A stretch of DNA of 64,000 nucleotides from an uncultured virus (IMG/VR IMGVR_UViG_3300010344_001225) (Duplodnaviria > Heunggongvirae > Uroviricota > Caudoviricetes): the IMG/VR virus record IMGVR_UViG_3300010344_001225; one strand, given 5' to 3'. Shown piece by piece: positions 17,727 through 26,136 of this stretch. Each line of letters opens with the position of its first letter. Position 1 is the first letter of the stretch. A program made the translations under genes and the position numbers. A model generated the notes under the pieces. The model was not told the DNA's origin. It worked only from the letters and a program-made list of their open reading frames with translations, and searched no databases.

Positions 17727-18659
17727 TTATCTCACACGAATCTTCTGTCCCGGATAAATCAGATCCGGATTTGCGATACCGTTAACCTCGGCAAGGTGCT
17801 GGTAGGTCGTGCCGTACTTCGCCGCAATAGCAGAAAGCGTATCACCGGATTTCACCGTGTAGTATTCTGCGGAAGATGCACCGCAGAGTTCGTTGACTCT
17901 GTTCTGCACAGCGTTATAATCATAACCGGCTGCCGTCAGACGGTTTTTGCGGTCGTCACCGTTGCCCCACTTGCCTTCAAGGACTTCATGGGCAAGGGTG
18001 TCCACGGACTTATCTCCGCTTGGCACAGGAGCCGGTGTGGGCTTACTGCCGCCCTTCGGATTGGCGTACTTGCCCCAGGCTTCCGCGTCCATATAGGCTT
18101 TATCCAAGTCGAGCCATCCGGAATAACCGGAAAGTTGGCCGTGAGAACTGTACTGACGAATCGCGCAGTCGTAGGCTCCCTCGTTCCACGGATTTTCCTG
18201 ATAGCCGGTGGGATCGTTGTCCGCATACTGGGCAATCCACATACCATAGTCACCGATGCCGTCAAAACGGCTTCTGAATGCTGCGGAACAATACAAGAGC
18301 GGACGAACTCCCGTCCTGCTGTACACACGGTCAAGCCAGGTCTTACACCAGTTGAAATCATTGACTCCGAAGGTCGGATTGTCCGTGCTTTCCCAGTCAA
18401 GCACCAGAATGGCATCGCCGATATAACCCTCAATATTTTTGAGGAAATAATCGGCTTCTGCGATGGCGTCCCCGCCTTCTGCGTAGTGATAAACACCTCG
18501 TAGTTTTCCTGCTCTCTTGCACTGCTGATAGAAATTATCGCAACAGGAATCCACAAGCCATGTTCCCTGCGTTGCTTTCATAATCACAAAATCGGCGGGA
18601 ACAGCTGCTACATTCATTCCCTTCTGCCAACTGGAAATATCAATACCTTTTAAACTCAT
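17727..18659 (-). CDS. Endolysin: GH25 muramidase + CW_7 + LysM
   Basis: [59 protein letters not shown]. Confidence 0.95.
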   Translation of the reverse strand: MSLKGIDISSWQKGMNVAAVPADFVIMKATQGTWLVDSCCDNFYQQCKRAGKLRGVYHYAEGGDAIAEADYFLKNIEGYIGDAILVLDWESTDNPTFGVNDFNWCKTWLDRVYSRTGVRPLLYCSAAFRSRFDGIGDYGMWIAQYADNDPTGYQENPWNEGAYDCAIRQYSSHGQLSGYSGWLDLDKAYMDAEAWGKYANPKGGSKPTPAPVPSGDKSVDTLAHEVLEGKWGNGDDRKNRLTAAGYDYNAVQNRVNELCGASSAEYYTVKSGDTLSAIAAKYGTTYQHLAEVNGIANPDLIYPGQKIRVR

Positions 18660-18666
18660 AGTCTTT

Positions 18667-18990
18667 TTACCTCATATCTTTCTGTTTTTCGAGCGGCAGT
18701 TCCTCCATCACTTTCTCATAAAGTGTTGCAGCGTTATGGTTGCCGCCCATCGCCTTGTAAGGCATAAACAATACCTGGAGCTGTTCCCGTTCCTCGTTGG
18801 TGGCATAGCCTTTTCTGAGATATGACTCACACAGTCGGCAGATACGGTCATGCAACAAACCCATCAGGGCATCCTGCACCAGCTCCACTTTCTTCATCTG
18901 TTTTTTGACACTTTTATAAATGGGAGCGAACAAAGCGATGATTACCGCAATGCCTCCTGCGATCTCAACGATCAAACGAAAATTCTCCAT
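18667..18990 (-). CDS. Lysis-module membrane protein (holin-like)
   Basis: N-terminal TM, LLHDRI..Y..MGGN pattern, between holin and lysin. Confidence 0.65.
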   Translation of the reverse strand: MENFRLIVEIAGGIAVIIALFAPIYKSVKKQMKKVELVQDALMGLLHDRICRLCESYLRKGYATNEEREQLQVLFMPYKAMGGNHNAATLYEKVMEELPLEKQKDMR

Positions 18991-19058
18991 AGCGTTTTTT
19001 CTCCCTTTAAAAATTGAACGGCAGAAGTTTTACCCTCTGCCGTCTCTGAATCTATGGC

Positions 19059-19295
19059 TTATTCAGCCTTCTGTGCTGCCTGCTCTTTTGCTGCCTCAAC
19101 TTCAGGAAGACCTGCAATTGAAGTGGCAATTGAGAGGATACCTGCCAGAACGGATGCGGATGCTACTGCAATCCAATTCACGTCGGAAAGCAAAGCCGCA
19201 GTACCGATGGTGGCAATGGCAGTCTGGCAGACAGTTTTCAGGGCACGAATGCCCGCTGCCTTGATCCACAACTTCATGGTTGCGTTCTTATCCAT
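19059..19295 (-). CDS. Phage holin
   Basis: WIKAAGIRALKTVCQTA...TSIAGLPEV. Confidence 0.9.
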   Translation of the reverse strand: MDKNATMKLWIKAAGIRALKTVCQTAIATIGTAALLSDVNWIAVASASVLAGILSIATSIAGLPEVEAAKEQAAQKAE

Positions 19296-19395
19296 GGCTT
19301 TTCTCCTTTCCGCCCTCCAAAGAGAGCTGTGTAATATAAAAACAGAGGCTGTTACACCTCTGCTTCTAACGAGTTTCTACATATTATATTGGGTG

Positions 19396-19599
19396 CTAAT
19401 TGCTGTACTTCATTTCCGGCGGACTATCCTGAACGATCAGGGTTTCCCCTGTGTCCTCCCGAACTTCCAGATGCCAGCCATCGGGAATGCCGAATGTTTG
19501 ATCGTTCATCTTCTGCAGTACTGGCCTTGCGTCCATATACAGACAAAACGTAATCATCCAAAGGATGAAAAGAATAATTGCTGCTATTTTATATCTCAT
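19396..19599 (-). CDS. Small membrane or secreted hypothetical protein
   Basis: MRYKIAAIILFILWMITFCLY hydrophobic N-terminus just after the upstream stop. Confidence 0.45.
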   Translation of the reverse strand: MRYKIAAIILFILWMITFCLYMDARPVLQKMNDQTFGIPDGWHLEVREDTGETLIVQDSPPEMKYSN

Positions 19600-19604
19600 T
19601 TTTT

Positions 19605-20348
19605 CTACTCGCTTTCTTCCCAAAGCAATACACCATTGCGATGGATCTTTTTCACATATCCGCCCACAACATCTGCACCTTTTTGGAATGTACCGCTTCC
19701 GAGGTTGACATAAAACGGTGTTCCTGTTTGTGGGCAAATCGAACCACAGAGGTCATAAAGACCAATTTCTCCATCGGATTTGCGGTAGCAAGGAATGAAA
19801 CTTCTCACCATCGTTCCGGTACTGTCAAAGAAGCGGAGATAATAAAATCTTCCATTAAAGAAGTAATCTGCTGTTCCCTGTGCATCGAATCTTGTTGCCA
19901 GGACATAATCCGTCATGGGACAACCGGCAAAGAAATTCGTCTGGCTGTTCAGGTAAGTATCTGAGCCGCCGTTTATCGTCAGTTTCAATCGTTGTTCATC
20001 GGCAACAGTCCCGACAATTTTTACATTACCTTCGTAGATTTTATCCAGAACCTGCTTTCCTTCTTCAAAGGTGATTGGTCTTCCGCCGTTTCCGCAATAA
20101 ACGTTCTGTCCAAAGATATGTCCATGCATCAGTCGTCCGAGACCGAGGATCGTGCTCGTATCCACACCGAATAAATTGTTATTCAGCGATTCCAATTTCA
20201 TATACTTAAATTCAACTTTGAGTTCCGGTTCCGTGAAAGCATAGCCGCTGTCGATATATCCTTGGACATGTGTTTCCAAATACTCGACTTCCTGATACTC
20301 TTTCGGCAGCCTCGGCACACGAAGGTGCTTCACATTTCTCATGTCCAT
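19605..20348 (-). CDS. Tail-associated beta-rich (lectin-like) protein, paralog of the N-terminus of 23668..26124
   Basis: IDSGYAFTEPELKVEFKY...RLMHGH...GNGGRP shared with the 818-aa tail protein. Confidence 0.75.
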   Translation of the reverse strand: MDMRNVKHLRVPRLPKEYQEVEYLETHVQGYIDSGYAFTEPELKVEFKYMKLESLNNNLFGVDTSTILGLGRLMHGHIFGQNVYCGNGGRPITFEEGKQVLDKIYEGNVKIVGTVADEQRLKLTINGGSDTYLNSQTNFFAGCPMTDYVLATRFDAQGTADYFFNGRFYYLRFFDSTGTMVRSFIPCYRKSDGEIGLYDLCGSICPQTGTPFYVNLGSGTFQKGADVVGGYVKKIHRNGVLLWEESE

Positions 20349-20632
20349 AAGGTGATCTCCTTATTCACAGTCGAACTATCCTCAAGGGTAAATGTCCAGG
20401 TCTCATGGGTCAGCATACCGGATGGGATCTTAGCCACCAGCGCCGCTGTAATGCCGGAGTTCAAAGCAGCAGTCTGTTCCGGAGTTAAAGTACCGAGACC
20501 GTGCTCCGCAATATAGGCAAGCCATTTTTCAATTCTCGACTGGGGGTCTTCCGGCTCAATGCCGGCAATCCCGGCAATGACCGCCAGCCATTCTTCTTCC
20601 CGCGACTGCGGGGTTTCAGGTGTTACACTCAT
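20339..20632 (-). CDS. Small tail-region protein with internal repeat
   Basis: PQSREEEWLAVIA / PQSRIEKWLAYIA. Confidence 0.65.
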   Translation of the reverse strand: MSVTPETPQSREEEWLAVIAGIAGIEPEDPQSRIEKWLAYIAEHGLGTLTPEQTAALNSGITAALVAKIPSGMLTHETWTFTLEDSSTVNKEITLWT

Positions 20633-20797
20633 ATGCTACCTCCACTTCCATAAACAAATAGGATTAAGATAAATAAGAAAAAGCCGTAGAGCGATGACCA
20701 CAACCGATAAGAGATGTAAGCCACCACGCCAAGGCTAAGGATCATAAACATTACTAACACATATTCAGGTTTTTTCCATTTCAAAGTTTGCCCCCTT

Positions 20798-23671
20798 TCA
20801 TTCCGTTGCAAACAGTTTACCGAGCCCCACCGCTTCAATGGCAAAGATCATCTCTTCCGGTGTGTCGCCGCCGTCAAAGAAGGCACGGGAGAAACGCAGA
20901 TGGTCAATCTCGGTGGTTTCCCAAGTGCTGTAATCCGTCCATCCCCAATCCACACCATTATAGGTTGACGGAATCGCGTAGATGATGGTATCGGCTGTGA
21001 TCTTTCCGTCCGGACAGGTCGTCGGGTCAATACAATACATATGCCCGTTTGCCGCCGTATCCGGTGAAAAGGTCGGACTGTAGGAACAGAAATAGCCATC
21101 GCTAAACTTCATCGCCGTATCCTCCATGGGAACGACGTAATAGAGACTGCCGTTATAGGGGCACCAGGCGTAGTATGCTTCCATACCGTACTTTTCAGTT
21201 TTTGCTCCTGTTGTCCAGCCGTAGCCTTCTTCCAAAAAAGCATCGGTGGGCTGTAGTCTGTTTTCAGCACCAAAGACCGTCTCATAGGCGGCTTTTTTTC
21301 TGCGCCAGTATTCTTCATCTTCTTCCCACCACTCAGGGTATTCTTCCGGATCCCAGTCGTTTTCAAAGTCAGGCAGAAGATAATGACCGAGACTGCCGTA
21401 GATGGCTTCCACCTTTTGTTTTGAGGTATAGCCCCAATAGACCATCTGATAATCTGACGGATCACCGTAGGATGACCGTAAGTCCGCATCTGCCGCCGAC
21501 AACCTGCCGTATCCGATCCGTTCTTCCAGGTCAAAGGTAAAGCGGTTCAAGTCGATGGTTGCCAGTCGGAAGGTCAAGGTCGTGTTCCTGTCGATCTCTC
21601 CGGTATTCAGGTTGATCTTATAGAATCGCACTTTGTCGATTTCCGGTGTCGGTCCGGGCGGTGCAGGCTCATCTTGATGGATATTGGTAATCCGTGCCAT
21701 ATAGTAAACCTGCCTCAGGGTCTTCGGAAACAGCACATCCGGGTTCTTTATCAGAAGATATAACCAAGCAGACGAAACGACACTCTCCCACACATGAAAT
21801 TCCCATGGAAGCTGTGCGTGGGTAGCTGTCACATACAGCACACCGCCCGTGCCGTTTTCCATGTTCTGAAGCTCTATGCACTCATCCACATAGGTCTTGG
21901 CTTCTTCGCCATGCCCCAAAAGCAAGGCAAGTGCCGCATAGCCCAGCGTTCCTTCCGACCAGACAATATCCGGTGAACCGGTATAGCCGCCGTCACGGTC
22001 GCTGTAAGGCTTGAAGCCGGAAAAGGTACGACTGCTTGCATACCGCTGATTGTAATAATCCTGCTCACCGCTTTGAACGATGTACTTCCCATCGGTCAAA
22101 AACTCACCCTTTGCAGCATTCTCACAGGCAAAAGAACACTCTTTGTTGAGAATCGAAAAAGCGGTCAGTCCTGCCCATGTGGTACAGTCCAGTGCCCATG
22201 CACTGTCCGGCACTGCACTGATACCTTGATAGAATCGCCCGTTTTCCTTGTCAAACAGTTTGAAATAGATCTGATCCCGTATCAGTTCGGCGGCTTCCTT
22301 GTACTTTTTCACATTGAGTACAAGAGAGCAGCCCTCAAGTCCCTGCAAGGCCGAACACTGATGTTCCGTGGAGCACCATTCGATTTCCCCTTCAATATAA
22401 GAATAATCATCAAAGTCATAAGTGCCGTAGCCGCCTTTGAGCAGTCCGTACCGAGGGTCTTTGGTGTCGGTGATCTGTCTTGAAATCAGGAAATCTCCTG
22501 CTTTCTTGATCATTTCGTTATAAGCGGTATCTCCTGTAGTCAGTGCATAATAACACGCTCCCCACAAAAGCCAGCCCATAGCACCGGTTCTCACATAATC
22601 CTCAAAAAGTTGCCCGATATAAATATCATAGGAGAAGTTGAACGAACCATCGTAGTTCTGCTCATACATCATCCGGTCAAGCATCTCTTTGCAGATGTCG
22701 TAATCTCCGCTGGTCGTGAAAACGAGCAAAGCCAACCCCACATCGTATGCCCAGGTTCTGGAGTTCAGACAGTAGCCGTAAACGTGTAATGCTTTCGTCC
22801 CGTCCTTGTCGTACTGTGGGTCATCCTCCGGAATTAAAAACGAAGCCGGAAGTCTCCCGCTCTCCAGATTGGCAACCGCACCGGCAAGGCCGATGACTTC
22901 ATAGCCGCCGGGTATGGGATGAATCAGCTTTGCGATTTTATGGCCTTGCGTAACACGATTGGTAAACCAGATATAGCCGCCACTGCCGCAGTTCCAAATC
23001 TTACAGTCTTCCAGAAGATATTCTGTATCGGCAAAAGCGAAGGCTCTGACGGAATAATCGGTCAGATAACCATAGGCATAACCGCCGTTCTCCGGAGTTT
23101 CCTCATGAGAAAGCGAGTAAACTTTCCGATAGGCCTTCATGTCCTCAGTTTCAGATATGAGTTCCCAATAAGAAGTAAGCCCATAGCCAAGTCTAAACTC
23201 TTTCACGCCTTCACCGACTTCTGCCGGAAGGGTGTAATAGACTTCTTCTTCATGGGTCTCGCCGGTTTCAGGATCAGTGACGGTATATACTTCTTTGTAT
23301 TCCCACTGGGCTATCCAGCTTCCACCGGATTGCAAAGGGCAAGTCACCGCCAGATAGGTCTGATCTCTGTACACATAGACATTGACACCGGCATCTGAAG
23401 GACTGCTGACATTTCGCCAGCTTCCGCTAACCTGACCGGTATAGTCGTAACCATAGAACCGGCTTGTAGAGATATATCTCGGTTCGATTTCACTTTCGCT
23501 TCCGGAGAAGCCGGTGACCGAACCCCACATAACATCGCCTTCGTACCAATCGGAATACTCATCACCCCAGTGGATACTATAATCAAAGTGATTGATGTCC
23601 AGCTGATTCTTAATGAACTGCAAAGCTCGTTCAGCTGCAGTCAGATATTTTTCTCCGTCAAATACGCTCAT
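20798..23671 (-). CDS. Tail-associated protein with probable six-hairpin glycosidase-like domain
   Basis: WAYDVGLALL, QNYDGSF, RTGAMGW, STEHQ, WALDCTTW, VWSEGT motifs; Pro linker before an aromatic/acidic C-terminal domain. Confidence 0.65.
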   Translation of the reverse strand: MSVFDGEKYLTAAERALQFIKNQLDINHFDYSIHWGDEYSDWYEGDVMWGSVTGFSGSESEIEPRYISTSRFYGYDYTGQVSGSWRNVSSPSDAGVNVYVYRDQTYLAVTCPLQSGGSWIAQWEYKEVYTVTDPETGETHEEEVYYTLPAEVGEGVKEFRLGYGLTSYWELISETEDMKAYRKVYSLSHEETPENGGYAYGYLTDYSVRAFAFADTEYLLEDCKIWNCGSGGYIWFTNRVTQGHKIAKLIHPIPGGYEVIGLAGAVANLESGRLPASFLIPEDDPQYDKDGTKALHVYGYCLNSRTWAYDVGLALLVFTTSGDYDICKEMLDRMMYEQNYDGSFNFSYDIYIGQLFEDYVRTGAMGWLLWGACYYALTTGDTAYNEMIKKAGDFLISRQITDTKDPRYGLLKGGYGTYDFDDYSYIEGEIEWCSTEHQCSALQGLEGCSLVLNVKKYKEAAELIRDQIYFKLFDKENGRFYQGISAVPDSAWALDCTTWAGLTAFSILNKECSFACENAAKGEFLTDGKYIVQSGEQDYYNQRYASSRTFSGFKPYSDRDGGYTGSPDIVWSEGTLGYAALALLLGHGEEAKTYVDECIELQNMENGTGGVLYVTATHAQLPWEFHVWESVVSSAWLYLLIKNPDVLFPKTLRQVYYMARITNIHQDEPAPPGPTPEIDKVRFYKINLNTGEIDRNTTLTFRLATIDLNRFTFDLEERIGYGRLSAADADLRSSYGDPSDYQMVYWGYTSKQKVEAIYGSLGHYLLPDFENDWDPEEYPEWWEEDEEYWRRKKAAYETVFGAENRLQPTDAFLEEGYGWTTGAKTEKYGMEAYYAWCPYNGSLYYVVPMEDTAMKFSDGYFCSYSPTFSPDTAANGHMYCIDPTTCPDGKITADTIIYAIPSTYNGVDWGWTDYSTWETTEIDHLRFSRAFFDGGDTPEEMIFAIEAVGLGKLFATE

Positions 23672-26124
23672 GACTCTGTCTCCTCCTCATCCACCGGCAC
23701 TGTGCAATAGAACACCAACAGTGTCACCGTTGCCGCCGATACGTTTGAGAGTGTCGCACCGATATAAGCATCAAGTTCCGAACCACCTCGGCGGATGAGC
23801 GTGACTGTTCCCTCGCTTCCGTCATCCGTATGGATATGAAAGTACGGTCTGTCACGATAGGCACGAGTAAAATACATCGTTCCAGTTCCGATCAGTTCTC
23901 CGAACTCAACCGTATACTTAGCCGTGTTCTGACGGATGTCTTCCACGGTTGTTTCCAGCTGATAGAGTGAATCATTGATGGTAGGGATATACTTTCCGAC
24001 TGTGACAGAAACCTCTTTATAGTTAAACGGGTTCCAGTCCATACCGACGATTCGGCTCTGTGCATCAATGCCAAGCTGCGGGAAGACGATATGAAGATTG
24101 TCCCCCATTTCCAGGTCACCTTTTTGATAGAGTGACAAGGAATAGTTCACCGTACTGTCTGCTTCATTGAAGGTGTAGGAAATATCCTGCACCAGCGATG
24201 TCCGCATAATCTCAATGGGTGTGCTTGTTCCAACATGAGAGCGGATACCGATGCTGTATCCGTAATACTCGATTTCCCCACCGGTCAACGCCACAAGCTG
24301 CATCACACAGGCTCTTCGGGTTACGCTTTTATTGACTCGAAGCGTCACTTCATCCGTCGGGTCTACATCTCCAACAGTAAAAGGTGTGCCTGAAAGCAGT
24401 GCCCGCAGAATGTTCTTTGGGGTGTCCGTCATATCAAAAGCTTCTACTTTATAGGCATCGCTGTTGAGCAGATACGACACATGGTCACCGGCAAACTCCG
24501 TGTAGCAGACACCGGATGAAATGTTCTTTTTGATCTCGTTGACCGCAAAGACCAAGCCCTCCACCTCCACACGGTCATCTGCCAGAATGACCCCTTCGGT
24601 CTGCTTTGTCATGATCCTCGCACTGATGGAGCATTCCCCATCCAGCTTCTGAACCACGGAGCAATCGTTGACCCCTCGGTAAGTGTATTTCAGTTCCCCA
24701 CTGCTGCCGTCACCATTTGCCGCATAGACTGAAAGCCTCGGGCTAATGGACAGCTCTCGGTAAACCGGCCAGAAAGTCGAATCTTCTGTAATATACGAAT
24801 AGTTCCCGCTCCATGAAAGAAACGTAAACCGTCTGTATTTCTCCGGAGCAGGCGGAGTCGCACTTTTACCATGCTCCACTTCCTGTTCCGAAACCACGGT
24901 TGTTCTGTCTTTATCCAGAAATCGAACCGTATAGACATTCGGCTCATAGATTGGATTAACGGTCAGGTCACTTGTGACATGAGAAAAATCCTTATCCCAA
25001 CAGACAAAGTGATGCCCTTCTACCAGTAATGGTGTCGGTGCCGTTGCACTGTGACCGTGAACTACCTGCTGCACAGAAGCGTTGCCGCCACCGTACTTGG
25101 TAAACACAACGATGTAGACCCTATCCGAATAAGTCGGACGAACCGTCATATCTTCAATGACGTGGGTGATGTCTGCATTCCAACCGGTGAAGGTCTTACC
25201 GGTGATTACCTCGGGGGTCGGTGCCTGTGAAGTAGCATCTCCACCATAGGTCACAACCGCTGTTCCCAGCAAATCATCACCGGCATAATTTAAGAATCTG
25301 ACCGTGCAGGTTTTATCTGCATAGGTTGCTTTCACCGTGATGGATTCGGTAATATAGGTAATGGGAACTGTCCATCCGTTGAAGACTTTTCCTTCAAAAA
25401 CCTCCGGTGTAGGTGCTTTGCTTGTAATATCCTCACCATATTCCGCAAGGACAGTGCCAAGGAGATCATCCCCGGCAAAGTTCAGAAACCGAACCAGAAA
25501 GACTTCCGGTCCTGCTATAAAGTCTGCTCCGTAACCCTGATTGGTATAGAACACATCATGGACGGTGTCGTACATTCCCGGTTTGTTATCCGAAATTCGA
25601 ACACAGGGTTCAAAGTTTCGGACAAGGGTTCCGGTATTGTCATAGAACCGCACATAATAGAGCCGACCCTGAAACGGGTATTCAGCAGAATAACCACTAT
25701 TGGTTGCAAAAAGAAAATCCGTAATGGTCGTTCCGGCGTAAAAGAATGAAGTTGATGAATTCCTAAAAGTCTGGCTCTTTCCGTTGAGGGTAACCACTCC
25801 CTGTTGATTCTCAAGGGTTGTTCCGGTAATGACTGAACTGCCCTCATAAATGACATCCGTATATTGAGTCAAATCAGAAGACAGGGGTCTGCCGCCGTTA
25901 CCGGAATAGAAATTATTTCCGTAGAAATGCCCATGCATCAACCGGCTGGTACTACCGGTGTCAACACCAAAGGGATTACAGTACAGGTTATTTTTTAAAT
26001 ACTTGAATTCTATTTTCAGTTCCGGATCAGTGAAGGCATAGCCGGTATCGATATGCTGATGCCCGTCGGCCTGCAGATAAGAAACTGCTTTGTAGCCTTC
26101 CGGCAGATTGATGATTCTATCCAT
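23668..26124 (-). CDS. Tail tip protein: lectin-like domain + four InlB-B/Flg_new-like repeats + Tal-like domain
   Basis: Four ~60-aa repeats TVRF...YG..A.AP.P...G..F.GW; follows tape measure. Confidence 0.8.
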   Translation of the reverse strand: MDRIINLPEGYKAVSYLQADGHQHIDTGYAFTDPELKIEFKYLKNNLYCNPFGVDTGSTSRLMHGHFYGNNFYSGNGGRPLSSDLTQYTDVIYEGSSVITGTTLENQQGVVTLNGKSQTFRNSSTSFFYAGTTITDFLFATNSGYSAEYPFQGRLYYVRFYDNTGTLVRNFEPCVRISDNKPGMYDTVHDVFYTNQGYGADFIAGPEVFLVRFLNFAGDDLLGTVLAEYGEDITSKAPTPEVFEGKVFNGWTVPITYITESITVKATYADKTCTVRFLNYAGDDLLGTAVVTYGGDATSQAPTPEVITGKTFTGWNADITHVIEDMTVRPTYSDRVYIVVFTKYGGGNASVQQVVHGHSATAPTPLLVEGHHFVCWDKDFSHVTSDLTVNPIYEPNVYTVRFLDKDRTTVVSEQEVEHGKSATPPAPEKYRRFTFLSWSGNYSYITEDSTFWPVYRELSISPRLSVYAANGDGSSGELKYTYRGVNDCSVVQKLDGECSISARIMTKQTEGVILADDRVEVEGLVFAVNEIKKNISSGVCYTEFAGDHVSYLLNSDAYKVEAFDMTDTPKNILRALLSGTPFTVGDVDPTDEVTLRVNKSVTRRACVMQLVALTGGEIEYYGYSIGIRSHVGTSTPIEIMRTSLVQDISYTFNEADSTVNYSLSLYQKGDLEMGDNLHIVFPQLGIDAQSRIVGMDWNPFNYKEVSVTVGKYIPTINDSLYQLETTVEDIRQNTAKYTVEFGELIGTGTMYFTRAYRDRPYFHIHTDDGSEGTVTLIRRGGSELDAYIGATLSNVSAATVTLLVFYCTVPVDEEETES

Positions 26125-26136
26125 TTGCTATGCCCC

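Noticed and set aside
19605..26124. Diversity-generating retroelement TR/VR pair
   Set aside because: No reverse transcriptase; differences between the copies are not adenine-specific and both are coding
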